DNA of 64,000 nt from Minisyncoccota bacterium (GCA_041389065.1 JAWKSM010000002.1:1556-65555), one strand, 5' to 3'. Numbered from the stretch's first letter, positions 14,668 through 24,286 are shown. The notes: generated by a model not told the origin, from the sequence alone. Made by a program: numbers and translations.

Positions 14668-16086
14668 ATGCAAAGAACATATATTAAAAACCTAGTAGAA
14701 TTTGTTGATCAAGAAGTTTTAATACAAGGATGGATTTCGGTTCGTCGTGACCAAGGGAAAATGATTTTCTTTGATTTTCGTGATATGACTGGAACTGTTC
14801 AGGGTGTTGTTTTACCTTCTTCAGAGGCAATGGAAATAGCAAAAGAAACTCGTCCAGAGTGGGTTGTGGCCGTAAAAGGGAAAATAAACAAACGTCCAGA
14901 AAGAAATGTGAAAGAAGGTGTTTTAAATGGAAACATTGAAGTCGAGGTTTTAAATATTGAAGTTCTAAACAAAGCAGAAACTCCAGCCTTTGATATTGGC
15001 GTTGACACAAGAGAAGTAAACGAAGAAGTTCGACTTGAAAATAGATTTATCGATTTGCGAAGCGACCGACTTCAAAAAAATCTTCGAATGCGCCACAAGG
15101 TTGCAAATTTTGTTCGATCAAAACTAGATGAACAAAATTTCACAGAGGTTGAAACTCCAATCTTCACAAAATCTACTCCAGAAGGTGCGCGAGACTACGT
15201 CGTGCCTTCACGAGTCTATCCTGGTAAATTCTACGCACTCCCACAATCTCCTCAACAATACAAACAGCTTTTGATGTCAGCTGGAATTGAAAGGTACTAT
15301 CAATTTGCGCGTTGTATGCGTGATGAAGACTTGCGGGGTGATAGACAACCAGAATTCACACAGCTCGATATGGAGATGTCTTTTGCTTCTGAAGAAGAGA
15401 TAATGTCTGTGACAGAAAATCTTTTGATTGATCTTGTGACAAAACTTTATCCAGAAAAGAAAATTCAAGCCGTACCTTTCCCAAAAATTTCTTACAAAGA
15501 AGCAATGGAAAAATACGGAAACGACAGACCAGATATTCGTGAAAATAAAGAAGATGAAAACCTGTTGGCTTTTTGTTGGGTTGTGGATTTCCCTTTCTTT
15601 GAGAAAACTTCCACCTCAGATAACCCACAAGCAGAAGGTGAATGGACTTTTACACACAACCCTTTCTCTCTTTCAAAGCCAGAGCATATCGAAAATTTAA
15701 AAAATAGAGAAAATATTGGCGAGATAATGGCGGCACAATACGATATTGTTTTGAACGGATTTGAAATTGGTGGTGGATCTGTACGAGCTCATGATCCAGA
15801 AATCTTGAAAAATATTTTAGGAATTTTGGGTCACAGCGAAGAAAAAATCCAAAGTAACTTTTCTCACATGTTAAAGGCTTTGGGTTCTGGTACACCTCCA
15901 CACGGAGGAATTGCTTGGGGTTTTGATCGACTTATGATGATACTTCAAAACGAGCCAAATATTCGTGAAGTTATCGCTTTCCCAAAGACACGAGAGGGAA
16001 GAGACCCAATGATGGATTCTCCGAGTGAAATCTCAGAGGCGCAAATGGATGAATTGAATATAAAAATAGTTAAGAAAGATAAATAA
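14668..16086 (+). CDS. aspS: Aspartyl-tRNA synthetase, bacterial-type core but lacking the GAD insertion domain
   Basis: QSPQQYKQLLMSAGIERYYQFARCMRDEDLRGDRQPEFTQLDMEMSF (motif 2 region) and ..FEIGGGSVRAHD..GTPPHGGIAWGFDRL (motif 3). Only ~10 aa lie between DRPDIR and FCWVVDFPFFE. Extended -10 TGaTAAAAT (14651-14659) is 8 nt before the ATG. Confidence 0.88.
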   Translation: MQRTYIKNLVEFVDQEVLIQGWISVRRDQGKMIFFDFRDMTGTVQGVVLPSSEAMEIAKETRPEWVVAVKGKINKRPERNVKEGVLNGNIEVEVLNIEVLNKAETPAFDIGVDTREVNEEVRLENRFIDLRSDRLQKNLRMRHKVANFVRSKLDEQNFTEVETPIFTKSTPEGARDYVVPSRVYPGKFYALPQSPQQYKQLLMSAGIERYYQFARCMRDEDLRGDRQPEFTQLDMEMSFASEEEIMSVTENLLIDLVTKLYPEKKIQAVPFPKISYKEAMEKYGNDRPDIRENKEDENLLAFCWVVDFPFFEKTSTSDNPQAEGEWTFTHNPFSLSKPEHIENLKNRENIGEIMAAQYDIVLNGFEIGGGSVRAHDPEILKNILGILGHSEEKIQSNFSHMLKALGSGTPPHGGIAWGFDRLMMILQNEPNIREVIAFPKTREGRDPMMDSPSEISEAQMDELNIKIVKKDK

Positions 16087-16103
16087 AATTTGTAAAAAGT
16101 GGA

Positions 16104-16127
16104 AAAGCCCCGCGTTAGCGGGGCTTT
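16104..16127. terminator. Bidirectional intrinsic terminator
   Basis: AAAGCCCCGC-GTTA-GCGGGGCTTT. Confidence 0.8.
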
Positions 16128-16140
16128 CAGTTGGCTACAC

Positions 16141-16365
16141 TCATTTCATAAGTGTAAGATGTTTCCTCACTCTTCTTAGTATGAAGAAAATGAGCACGAG
16201 CACTACACCAGATATAACACTTAGATCGGTTGCAGTTTTGTGCAAACTTGATGTCGAAGTGAAAGACGTAATTGTACTAGCTACAAAGAGGATTCCAAAT
16301 GGAAAAAGTAGCATCTTGTACATTATTGACATAAAAAGTGCCTGGAATTGTTCTTTGGTTGCCAT
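16141..16365 (-). CDS. Hypothetical small two-TM membrane protein
   Basis: Start moved to MATKEQFQALF (M23 of the listed ORF), downstream of TTGACA, 17 nt, TAGTAT on the minus strand. Confidence 0.5.
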   Translation of the reverse strand: MATKEQFQALFMSIMYKMLLFPFGILFVASTITSFTSTSSLHKTATDLSVISGVVLVLIFFILRRVRKHLTLMK

Positions 16366-16470
16366 TGATGTGTTTTTTATAATACTAAAATAATATAAAC
16401 AAATTGTCAATATATAGAAATACCCATACAAAATGGCGTAAGTCTGTAAATATCATGCTAAAATATCTCT

Positions 16471-17247
16471 GTGGAGGAAACTATTTACAAAGTAAAAGCC
16501 GGTGAATTTGAAGGGCCTTTAGAGGTTCTTTTGGGTTTGATCGAAAAACGAAAACTTTTCATAAATGAAATTTCACTCGCGGAAATCACAGATGATTATA
16601 TTCGTTATGTTCAAGTTTTGGATAATAAAAATATTGATCAATATGCGAGTTTTATCACAGTCGCAGCGACACTTATTTTGATAAAATCCAGATCTCTTCT
16701 GCCAAATATTTCTTTGACAGTTGAAGAAGAGTCTCAGATAGACGACCTAGAAGCCAGACTTCGTTTGTATAAAATTATTCAAGACGTTGGTCAGGAAATT
16801 CAAAAAAAATACGGAAAAGAAATTATTTTTTCAAAACTTTCGAAAAGAAATGATTTACGAGTTTTTAGTCCAGACAAACAAATCACGAAAGACTTGATGC
16901 GAGAACTTGGACTTTCTGTTGTTTATGAAATTCCAGAACCAAGAAAACAAAAGTTAAAAGAAGTGGAAGTTGTGAAAGTGAAAAGTTTGAAAGAAATGAT
17001 TGAAGATTTGACTGAAAGAATCACAAAAAGTTTTGAAAAGACAAATTTTAGTGATTTGTGGAAAGGACAAAATTTTGCAAACAAAAAAGAAGAGCGGGTT
17101 ACTGTTATCGTAAGTTTTTTGGCTGTGTTAGAATTGGTTAGATCTGGCATAATGGAAGCTTTTCAAAATGATGACGGTGAGATAAATATCGAGAAACAGA
17201 AAAGAGAAGATGGTGTTTTACCAGAAATAAATTTTGAAAATAATTAA
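16471..17247 (+). CDS. scpA: Segregation and condensation protein A
   Basis: FEGPLEVLLGLIEKRKLFINEISLAEITDDYIRY is typical of ScpA; followed by scpB. Confidence 0.85.
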   Translation: MEETIYKVKAGEFEGPLEVLLGLIEKRKLFINEISLAEITDDYIRYVQVLDNKNIDQYASFITVAATLILIKSRSLLPNISLTVEEESQIDDLEARLRLYKIIQDVGQEIQKKYGKEIIFSKLSKRNDLRVFSPDKQITKDLMRELGLSVVYEIPEPRKQKLKEVEVVKVKSLKEMIEDLTERITKSFEKTNFSDLWKGQNFANKKEERVTVIVSFLAVLELVRSGIMEAFQNDDGEINIEKQKREDGVLPEINFENN

Positions 17248-17249
17248 AC

Positions 17250-17804
17250 ATGGAAAATAAAGAACTTAGTCTTGATGCGAAAATTGAAGCACTTCTTTTT
17301 TATAAAGGAGAGCCTGTTTCTCTTAAAGAAATCTCGAAAGCTTTTGGCGTGACTGAAGACGATGTAAAAAATTCCGTCTCTATTTTAAAAGAAAAGCTAA
17401 CAGAAAGAGGTTTGACTTTGGTTATAAATGAAAAAGAAATAATGCTCGGCACGACTCCAGAGCTCTCGTCTTTTTTTGAAGAACTACGCAAAGAAGAATT
17501 GAGTAAAGAGCTTTCGCGCGCTTCGCTTGAAACGCTTTCGATTATTTTGTATAAAGAAAACGTCAGCCGAGCAGACATTGATTATATTCGAGGTGTAAAT
17601 TCTGGGTTTATTCTGCGTAATTTGCAAATCAGAGGACTTATAGACAAATCGACAGATTCACGAAACTCATTTTACAGACCTTCGCTCGAACTACTTTCTT
17701 ATCTTGGTGTTTCGAGCGCCGCCGAGCTTCCTGATTATGAAAATATTGTTAATAGTTTAAAACAAAAAGTCGATCAACTTTCTAATGAAAATACTGAAAT
17801 ATAG
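17250..17804 (+). CDS. scpB: Segregation and condensation protein B
   Basis: IEALLFYKGEPVSLKEISKAFGV.. winged-helix pattern; operonic with scpA. Confidence 0.85.
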   Translation: MENKELSLDAKIEALLFYKGEPVSLKEISKAFGVTEDDVKNSVSILKEKLTERGLTLVINEKEIMLGTTPELSSFFEELRKEELSKELSRASLETLSIILYKENVSRADIDYIRGVNSGFILRNLQIRGLIDKSTDSRNSFYRPSLELLSYLGVSSAAELPDYENIVNSLKQKVDQLSNENTEI

Positions 17805-18774
17805 TAAAAGTGATGAGATTACAAAAAGTGAACGTCAAAGTCTTGGGATTTTGGCGGCAACTTTAATTCTTGCTTCAACCTACATTTTCAGTTATGGAAA
17901 AGAGGTTTATTCAGAAGAATTAAGTCCTTCGATGCAGAATCAAATGATTTCAGAAATGACAGATAGTCGTTTGGGATATTTTTTTGATTCGCTCGACGTA
18001 AAGGCTTCTTCTGTTTTGATTTTTGATTCAGAAAACAAAAATGCAATTTACAGTAAAGATGTAGAAAAGGTTATGCCTTTAGCATCGCTTACAAAAATAA
18101 TGACAGCACTTGTTGTTCTGGATCAAACAGATTCTTCTGAAAATATTGTTATACAAAAAGAAGCGCTTGGCTTGGTTGGTGACAACGGACTTTTGGCTGA
18201 TGAAAAATGGGGAAGAGATGAGCTTCTTCGGTTCATGCTTATAACTTCTTCAAATGATGCAACAAGAGCTTTTTCTTTACATATTGGGAATAAACTTGGT
18301 TTGAATGAAGAAGATTCTGTGAAAAATTTTGTTGAAATGATGAATAAAAAAGCTAGTGATTTTGGGCTAGTTAATACAAAATTCTACAATGAATCTGGTC
18401 TTGATACCGGCGACGGGAAAAACGGCGGATATAGTACTTCAAAAGAAATAGTTTCTCTTTTTGATTATGCGGTCACAAATTATCCTGATATTTTTTCTTC
18501 AACTTCATTTAGTTCAAAAACCTTTCTTTCAATGAGCAACAAAGAGCACAACGCTGTAAATACAAATCCAAACCCGGGACTTGTCGCAGGAATCTCAGCT
18601 TCAAAAACAGGTTTTACAAATATTTCTGGTGGAAATTTGATAGTCTCTTTTAAAACTCCGACAGGAAAAACAATAATTGCAAATGTTTTGGGTTCAACTT
18701 TTTCAGACAGGTTCACAGATATTGAAAAACTTTCAGAGACTACATTAAAAATTATAAATGAAGTAGAATTGTAA
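17785..18774 (+). CDS. D-alanyl-D-alanine carboxypeptidase (S11 penicillin-binding protein)
   Basis: SxxK (ASLTKIM), SxN (SSND) and KTG (SKTGFT) motifs; N-terminal TM. Confidence 0.85.
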   Translation: MKILKYSKSDEITKSERQSLGILAATLILASTYIFSYGKEVYSEELSPSMQNQMISEMTDSRLGYFFDSLDVKASSVLIFDSENKNAIYSKDVEKVMPLASLTKIMTALVVLDQTDSSENIVIQKEALGLVGDNGLLADEKWGRDELLRFMLITSSNDATRAFSLHIGNKLGLNEEDSVKNFVEMMNKKASDFGLVNTKFYNESGLDTGDGKNGGYSTSKEIVSLFDYAVTNYPDIFSSTSFSSKTFLSMSNKEHNAVNTNPNPGLVAGISASKTGFTNISGGNLIVSFKTPTGKTIIANVLGSTFSDRFTDIEKLSETTLKIINEVEL

Positions 18775-18778
18775 TTAT

Positions 18779-19879
18779 ATGGATTTAAGTCTTATAAAAC
18801 TTTTTTTACCAGTTGTCCTAACTTTTATTTTAGGAATTTTAATAACTCCGGGGCTGACCAATCTTTTTTATAAATATAAGCTTTGGAAAAAAGTCGCAAG
18901 AAAAGAAAATAAAATCGATGCAGAAGCGCCGGTAAATAAATTTGGTGTAAGACCAGGCGATGTTTCTTCTGATTTTCAAAAAATAAATAATCACCACGAA
19001 GAACTTAAAACCCCAAGAGTTGGTGGTGTTGTGATCTGGCTTAGTATTTTGCTTTGCGCTGGAATACTTTTTATTTTGGCAGAAATTTTCCCAAATGTTG
19101 CAACTCAAAAAATTAACTTCGTAAGTAAGAATCAAACACTTCTTCCTTTTATCGCTCTTATTTTGGGTGCATTTTGGGGACTTGCTGACGATCTTATGTG
19201 TTCATTTATTTTAAAAGGGAGGTTTGCAAACGGATTTCCAAGAAAAATAATGTTCTCTTTTGTGGCACTTGTCGGACTTTCTTTTGGGTATTGGTTTTTT
19301 GTAAAGCTTGGGATCAGTTCTGTCAGCATTCCTTTTACTGAAAGCACGATCAATCTTGGACTTTTGTTTGTGCCAATTTTTGCGCTTATAATGCTTGGAG
19401 TTTTTTCAAGTGGTGTAATCGATGGAATAGATGGTCTTGCTGGTGGCGTGATGGCGACAACTTTTGCCGCTTATGCAACAATTGCATTTTTCCAAAACCA
19501 AATCGATATTGCAGCTTTTTCTGCAGTTATTTCTGGAGCGATTTTAGCCTTTCTTTGGTTCAATATTCCTCCAGCTAGATTTTATATGGGCGAAACCGGA
19601 ATGCTTGCTTTAACGCTCACTCTTACAGTAATTGCGTTCTTAACAGATCAAGTCTTGCTTTTGCCGATTATCGGATTTCCACTTTTCTTTACTTCACTTT
19701 CTTCATTTTTACAAATAATTTCAAAAAAGATTTACGGACCAGAAGGAAAAATATTTAAAGTTGCTCCAGTTCACCATCATTTTGAGGTTATCGGCTGGTC
19801 ACGAGCAAAAATAACAATGAGATATTGGATTATATCTGTTGTGTTTGCCATAAGTGGTATTGTTATTGCGTTACTTTAA
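18779..19879 (+). CDS. mraY: Phospho-N-acetylmuramoyl-pentapeptide transferase
   Basis: LKTPRVGGV, GLADDL, DGIDGLAGG, PARFYMGETG and APVHHHFEVIGW motifs. Confidence 0.9.
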   Translation: MDLSLIKLFLPVVLTFILGILITPGLTNLFYKYKLWKKVARKENKIDAEAPVNKFGVRPGDVSSDFQKINNHHEELKTPRVGGVVIWLSILLCAGILFILAEIFPNVATQKINFVSKNQTLLPFIALILGAFWGLADDLMCSFILKGRFANGFPRKIMFSFVALVGLSFGYWFFVKLGISSVSIPFTESTINLGLLFVPIFALIMLGVFSSGVIDGIDGLAGGVMATTFAAYATIAFFQNQIDIAAFSAVISGAILAFLWFNIPPARFYMGETGMLALTLTLTVIAFLTDQVLLLPIIGFPLFFTSLSSFLQIISKKIYGPEGKIFKVAPVHHHFEVIGWSRAKITMRYWIISVVFAISGIVIALL

Positions 19880-19884
19880 AAGGA

Positions 19885-19913
19885 TTGACTTTGTTTTCTA
19901 AATTAAGTAAATT
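19885..19913 (+). promoter_or_regulatory. Promoter inside the mraY 3' end, serving the 19933 cassette
   Basis: TTGACT (19885-19890), 17 nt, TAAATT (19908-19913). Confidence 0.45.
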
Positions 19914-19932
19914 TTTAGAAAACCAGGAAACC

Positions 19933-20415
19933 ATGAGACGCATAAAGGAAATCCTGCTTATTGCCTTTGTGACCATAATCATATTGGTAATAGTTCTTGC
20001 AACAAATAACAAGGTGTCAAGAGACATTATAGGTAGTGAGTATCGACTCACGATAATTCTCGCCTTATCGTTTCTTATATCTCTCTCAACGATTTTTTTG
20101 TTGGTTTATGAATTCGGTAATATTATAAAGATTTTAATAGGCAGAGGGCATGTAAACTTGGAAAAAGATGTTCACACCAGACTTACAGCCCTTCGACTGG
20201 CGTTGATTGATTATCGAAATGATAAGGATTTACGAATTATTATTTGGCAGAAAATGACGCACTATAGACTTGTCGATCAACTTTCAAGAGATGCAGATGA
20301 ACTTGAGGCTGAGTTGTCTGAATACGGAAACGTGTTCGAAGTTCAGCTTGCAGAACTTCGCAAGCTCAAGGCGTTACGTGACCAGCAAGACAAACAAAGT
20401 CCAAAGACGGACTGA
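19933..20415 (+). CDS. Hypothetical two-TM plus coiled-coil protein, located where murD normally sits
   Basis: Start at MRRIKEILLIAFV.. (M37 of the listed ORF). Two TM segments, then helical ..DADELEAELSEYGNVFEVQLAELRKLKALRDQQ. It has its own promoter and terminator. Confidence 0.6.
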   Translation: MRRIKEILLIAFVTIIILVIVLATNNKVSRDIIGSEYRLTIILALSFLISLSTIFLLVYEFGNIIKILIGRGHVNLEKDVHTRLTALRLALIDYRNDKDLRIIIWQKMTHYRLVDQLSRDADELEAELSEYGNVFEVQLAELRKLKALRDQQDKQSPKTD

Positions 20416-20422
20416 CTCCTGG

Positions 20423-20457
20423 GCGCTCGGTGTGTGGAAACACCGGGCGCTTTTTTC
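20423..20457 (+). terminator. Intrinsic terminator inside the dcw cluster
   Basis: GCGCTCGGTG-TGTGGAAA-CACCGGGCGC plus T6. Confidence 0.8.
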
Positions 20458-20478
20458 TTTTCATGTTAAAATCTAAGA

Positions 20479-21585
20479 ATGCAACAAAAGGGGAAAGTTG
20501 ACTCAGTTTTTTTAGGTATTGTTATTGCGCTTTTAGTGTTCGGTCTTTTTTCTTTTGTTTCAGCATCTTTTGGAATTCTTGCAAAAAACGAAGCAAAATT
20601 TGCTGGTGTTTTATTCAGTCAGACATTTGGTTTGGTTGTTGGACTTGTTTTAATGTATGTTTGCTCGAGAATCCCTTATAAATTTTGGAGAAACTATGCT
20701 TTTTATTTTTTTATCGCGTCAATTTTATTCACACTTTTGGTTTTTATTCCTGGACTTGGTCAAAAGCACGGCGGAGCAACTCGTTGGATTGATATTGGTG
20801 GAATAAGTTTTCAGCCGGTTGAATTTTTGAAAATTTCTTTTATTTTTTATTTTGCAGGCTGGCTTTCTTGGGTAAAGAGTAAAGCAAAAAAGTTAAAATA
20901 CGGAGTTTTACCACTTTTTATTATGCTTGGAATAATAACGGCAATTTTGGTCAAACAACCAGATCATAAAAGTATCATTTTAATTGTGGTTGCATCGGGT
21001 GCAATGCTCGTCGCTTCTGGTGTTCCATGGAAATATATTTTAGGAACAGCTGGAATTAGTTTGTTTATTTTTGCAATTATGGTTTTGGCAAAACCTTATT
21101 TACGTGAACGTGTTATGACTTTTATAAATCCAGCGCACGATGTTATGGATACGTCTTATCAACTAAACCAATCGTTAATCGCTATCGGTTCCGGACAAAT
21201 TTTTGGTAGAGGTCTTGGAAAAAGTGTTCAAAAGTTCACGTATTTACCCGAACCTCAAGGCGACTCTATTTTTGCGGTTATTGGTGAGGAATTTGGGTTT
21301 GTTGGAACATTTCTTTTGATTGGACTTTATATTGCTTTTGCTTTGCGAGGTATGAAAATCGCATTTAATGCACCCGACGCCTTTTCTAGACTTATGGTGG
21401 TCGGTCTTGTTATACTGATAATAGCCCAATCTTTTATGAATATTGCCTCGAGTATTGGCGCGTTTCCTTTGACGGGAGTACCGCTTGTGTTCGTTAGTCA
21501 TGGTGGAACATCACTCATGTTCTCGCTTGCTGTTGTTGGGATTATATTAAATATTTCACGTCAAAAATCTGCAATAAATATATGA
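20479..21585 (+). CDS. ftsW: Peptidoglycan polymerase/flippase of the FtsW/RodA (SEDS) family
   Basis: QPVEFLKISFIFYFAGWL and LPEPQGDSIFAVIGEEFGFVG motifs; position between mraY and murG. Confidence 0.88.
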   Translation: MQQKGKVDSVFLGIVIALLVFGLFSFVSASFGILAKNEAKFAGVLFSQTFGLVVGLVLMYVCSRIPYKFWRNYAFYFFIASILFTLLVFIPGLGQKHGGATRWIDIGGISFQPVEFLKISFIFYFAGWLSWVKSKAKKLKYGVLPLFIMLGIITAILVKQPDHKSIILIVVASGAMLVASGVPWKYILGTAGISLFIFAIMVLAKPYLRERVMTFINPAHDVMDTSYQLNQSLIAIGSGQIFGRGLGKSVQKFTYLPEPQGDSIFAVIGEEFGFVGTFLLIGLYIAFALRGMKIAFNAPDAFSRLMVVGLVILIIAQSFMNIASSIGAFPLTGVPLVFVSHGGTSLMFSLAVVGIILNISRQKSAINI

Positions 21586-22708
21586 AAATAGTATTAACAG
21601 GTGGTGGTGGAGGGCACTTTTATCCAATGATTTCTGTTGCCGATGCCTTAAATCAAATTGCGCTTCGAGAAAAATAATTAATCACGAATTAATTTATATT
21701 TCTGATTCTCCATATGATCAGAGAGCGCTCGACGACGCAAACATAACCTTCTATGAACTTCCAACTGGAAAAAACAGAATTTATTTTTCGTTAGAAAACA
21801 TTTTTGATGCGATTAAAACTTTTTTTGCAATTTTTAAAGCAATAGCTATTCTTTATAAAATTTATCCTGACGTTGTTTTTAGCAAGGGTGGATATCCTGC
21901 AGTGCCAGTTGTTATTGCCGCAAAATTTCTTGGAATTCCAATCGTAATTCACGAATCTGATTCATATCCCGGAAGAGCAAACAAAATGGCTGCAAAGTGG
22001 GCGAAGAAAATTGCGATTTCATATAAAGAAGCTGTTGAATATTTGCCGAAAGAAAAAACTGTTTTTGTTGGAAATATTGTTAGAAAAGATGTTCGTGATC
22101 CACTTCCTGTTGGAGCTTACGAATACTTGAAATTAAACACTGGACTTAAAACAATAATGATTGTCGGTGGTTCTCAGGGCGCAAAAGCAATTAACGATGT
22201 TGTCATAAATTCACTTCCAGAGCTTATCGAAAATTATCAAATCATTCACCAAGCTGGAACAAAAAATTTTGAAGAAGTAAAAAGTTTGGCTGACGTTGTC
22301 TTAGAAGATAATCCAAACAAAAAAAGATACAACTGTTATCCATATCTAAACAAGCTTGCCCTTCGAATGTCGGCGGGTGTTGCAAATATTATTATTTCAA
22401 GGGCTGGTGCTGGATTTATCGCCGAGATTGCGTCTTGGGGAGTTCCGTCTATAATTATTCCGATTTCAAAATCAAACGGAGATCACCAAAGAAAAAATGC
22501 TTACAATTTTGCTGCAACTGGCGCTTGTCAGGTTATTGAAGAAAAGAACTTGACTCCTCATGTTTTTGTTTCTGAAATAAAAAGAATTTTGGAAGACGAG
22601 AAAATTCAAAATGAAATGAAAGAAGGAACTAAGAGCTTCGTTCACGAAGATGCTGAAGACAAAATTGCTGAAGAGATTATAAAACTTGCTTTAACTCACG
22701 AAAACTAA
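21582..22708 (+). CDS. murG: UDP-GlcNAc:lipid I GlcNAc transferase MurG, with a single 1-nt frameshift in an A-run (~21669-21673)
   Basis: ATGA overlap with the ftsW stop. MKIVLTGGGGGHFYPMISVADAL..REK then a stop. In the +2 frame it continues IINHELIYISDSPYDQRALDD..., joining the listed 268 aa ORF (..IVIHESDSYPG..). Confidence 0.85.
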
Positions 22709-22711
22709 AAT

Positions 22712-24022
22712 ATGTCAGAAAGAAAAATTATAACAAGAATGGCTCCAAGTCCAACTGGTAAATTTCACGTTGGTTCTGCAAGAACTGCTCTTTTTTCTTA
22801 TTTATTTGCAAAAAAGCATGGCGGAGAATTTATTTTAAGAATTGAAGATACAGACAAAGAACGCTCAAAACCAGAATTTGAAGAAAATATTATCGATTCT
22901 TTTTCTTGGCTTGGTTTAAAGTACGATCATTTTTATAGACAATCAGAGCGAACAGAAATTTACAAAGAACATATTCAAAAACTTCTTGATTCTGGAAATG
23001 CTTATATTTCAAAAGAAGAGGCGACTGAAGGAAAACGAGGTGAAGTAATTCGTTTCAAAAACCCAAATATAAAAATAAAATTTAACGATATTATTTTAGG
23101 CGAGATCGAAGTCGACACAACTGATCTCGGTGACTTTGTTATTGCAAAAGACGTTGATACTCCGCTTTATCATTTGACTGTTGTTGTAGACGACGGACTG
23201 ATGGAAGTGAGTCATATAATCCGCGCCCAAGAACACATTGCAAATACTCCACGTCAGATTTTAATCATGGAAGCTCTTGGATTTACAAGACCTTTGTATG
23301 CGCACATTCCGCTTGTTTTGGCGCCGGACAAAACAAAGCTTTCAAAGCGTCACGGAGCGACGGCACTTCTTGATTTTAAAGATATGGGATATTTCAAAGA
23401 GGCTGTGATAAATTTCTTGGCTTTTATTGGTTGGAATCCTGGAACAGAAAAAGAATTGTTTACTATGGAAGAATTAATCCACGAATTTTCTTTGGAAAAA
23501 GTTCAAAAGGGTGGCGGAGTTTTCAATATTGAAAAGCTTGATTGGTTTAACAAACAATATCTTTTAGGAAAATCAAAAGAAGAAATTATTTTAGGAATAA
23601 AACATTTTGCAGAAGTTCCTGAAGATATTTTAGACAGAGCTTGGCCAACACTTATCGAGAGAATTCACAAATTTAGTGATTTAAAAAATGAAAATCTTAC
23701 TTTCTATAACTCTTTGCCGAGTTACGAAACAAGAGATTTGATCTGGAAAAATTCTGACGAATATCAAACAAAAAATTATTTAAAAGATTTAATTTCTATT
23801 TTAGAAAAAGCCAATTTCGAAAGTGTGGAATCTGTTAAGTCTTCGGTTTTTGATTATGCTGAAGAAAAGGGAAGAGGCGATGTTTTGTGGCCAATGAGAT
23901 TTGCTTTGTCTGGACTTTCAAAATCTCCTGATCCTTTTACTTTGGCTTATATATTTGGAAAAATTGAAACTATAAAAAGGTTAGAAGCTGCGTATAAAAA
24001 GATTTCTGAAATTGTTTCTTAG
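22712..24022 (+). CDS. gltX: Glutamyl-tRNA synthetase (short, 436 aa)
   Basis: RMAPSPTGKFHVGSARTALFSYLFAK..RIEDTD and KLSKR motifs. Confidence 0.9.
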   Translation: MSERKIITRMAPSPTGKFHVGSARTALFSYLFAKKHGGEFILRIEDTDKERSKPEFEENIIDSFSWLGLKYDHFYRQSERTEIYKEHIQKLLDSGNAYISKEEATEGKRGEVIRFKNPNIKIKFNDIILGEIEVDTTDLGDFVIAKDVDTPLYHLTVVVDDGLMEVSHIIRAQEHIANTPRQILIMEALGFTRPLYAHIPLVLAPDKTKLSKRHGATALLDFKDMGYFKEAVINFLAFIGWNPGTEKELFTMEELIHEFSLEKVQKGGGVFNIEKLDWFNKQYLLGKSKEEIILGIKHFAEVPEDILDRAWPTLIERIHKFSDLKNENLTFYNSLPSYETRDLIWKNSDEYQTKNYLKDLISILEKANFESVESVKSSVFDYAEEKGRGDVLWPMRFALSGLSKSPDPFTLAYIFGKIETIKRLEAAYKKISEIVS

Positions 24023-24030
24023 ATAAAAAA

Positions 24031-24060
24031 GAAGACCCTCGCACGTGGCGGGGGTCTTTC
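24031..24060. terminator. Convergent terminator between gltX and cassette E
   Basis: GAAGACCCTCGC-ACGTG-GCGGGGGTCTTTC imperfect stem. The T-run (TTTTTTATCT) is strong on the minus strand. Confidence 0.65.
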
Positions 24061-24079
24061 ATCATCAGGCCTGTATGAC

Positions 24080-24286
24080 CTAACGACGACGTCTGTTGCG
24101 CACCTTGGCTGCGCTCCTGCAGGAACGGAACTTCGGTTGTTTCCTGACACCATACCGCTTCTTCGGCGGTTTGAGGTATTCCGCCATCTGGCCGGAAGCC
24201 TCGATGTTCGAGGTGATGGAAGCACTGACTTCCACAGGACTCAGTGCGAAGGTGACCAGGGCCACCAAGATAATGAGCTTTTTCAT
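24080..24286 (-). CDS. Small secreted, strongly cationic protein (GC-rich cassette E)
   Basis: 68 aa. Signal-like MKKLIILVALVTFALSPVEVSA, then ..KPPKKRYGVRKQPKFRSCRSAAKVRNRRRR. The two other long ORFs at this locus (24019-24225 on the same strand in another frame, 24096-24317 on the plus strand) lack a start context. Confidence 0.55.
   Translation of the reverse strand: MKKLIILVALVTFALSPVEVSASITSNIEASGQMAEYLKPPKKRYGVRKQPKFRSCRSAAKVRNRRRR

Noticed and set aside
21669-21673. Transcriptional slippage rescue of frameshifts in poly-A tracts, as described for AT-rich insect endosymbionts.
   Set aside because: The runs involved are only 3-6 nt (A5 in murG, the yceI-like gene and tktN). That is far shorter than the ~9-10 nt tracts known to support efficient slippage.
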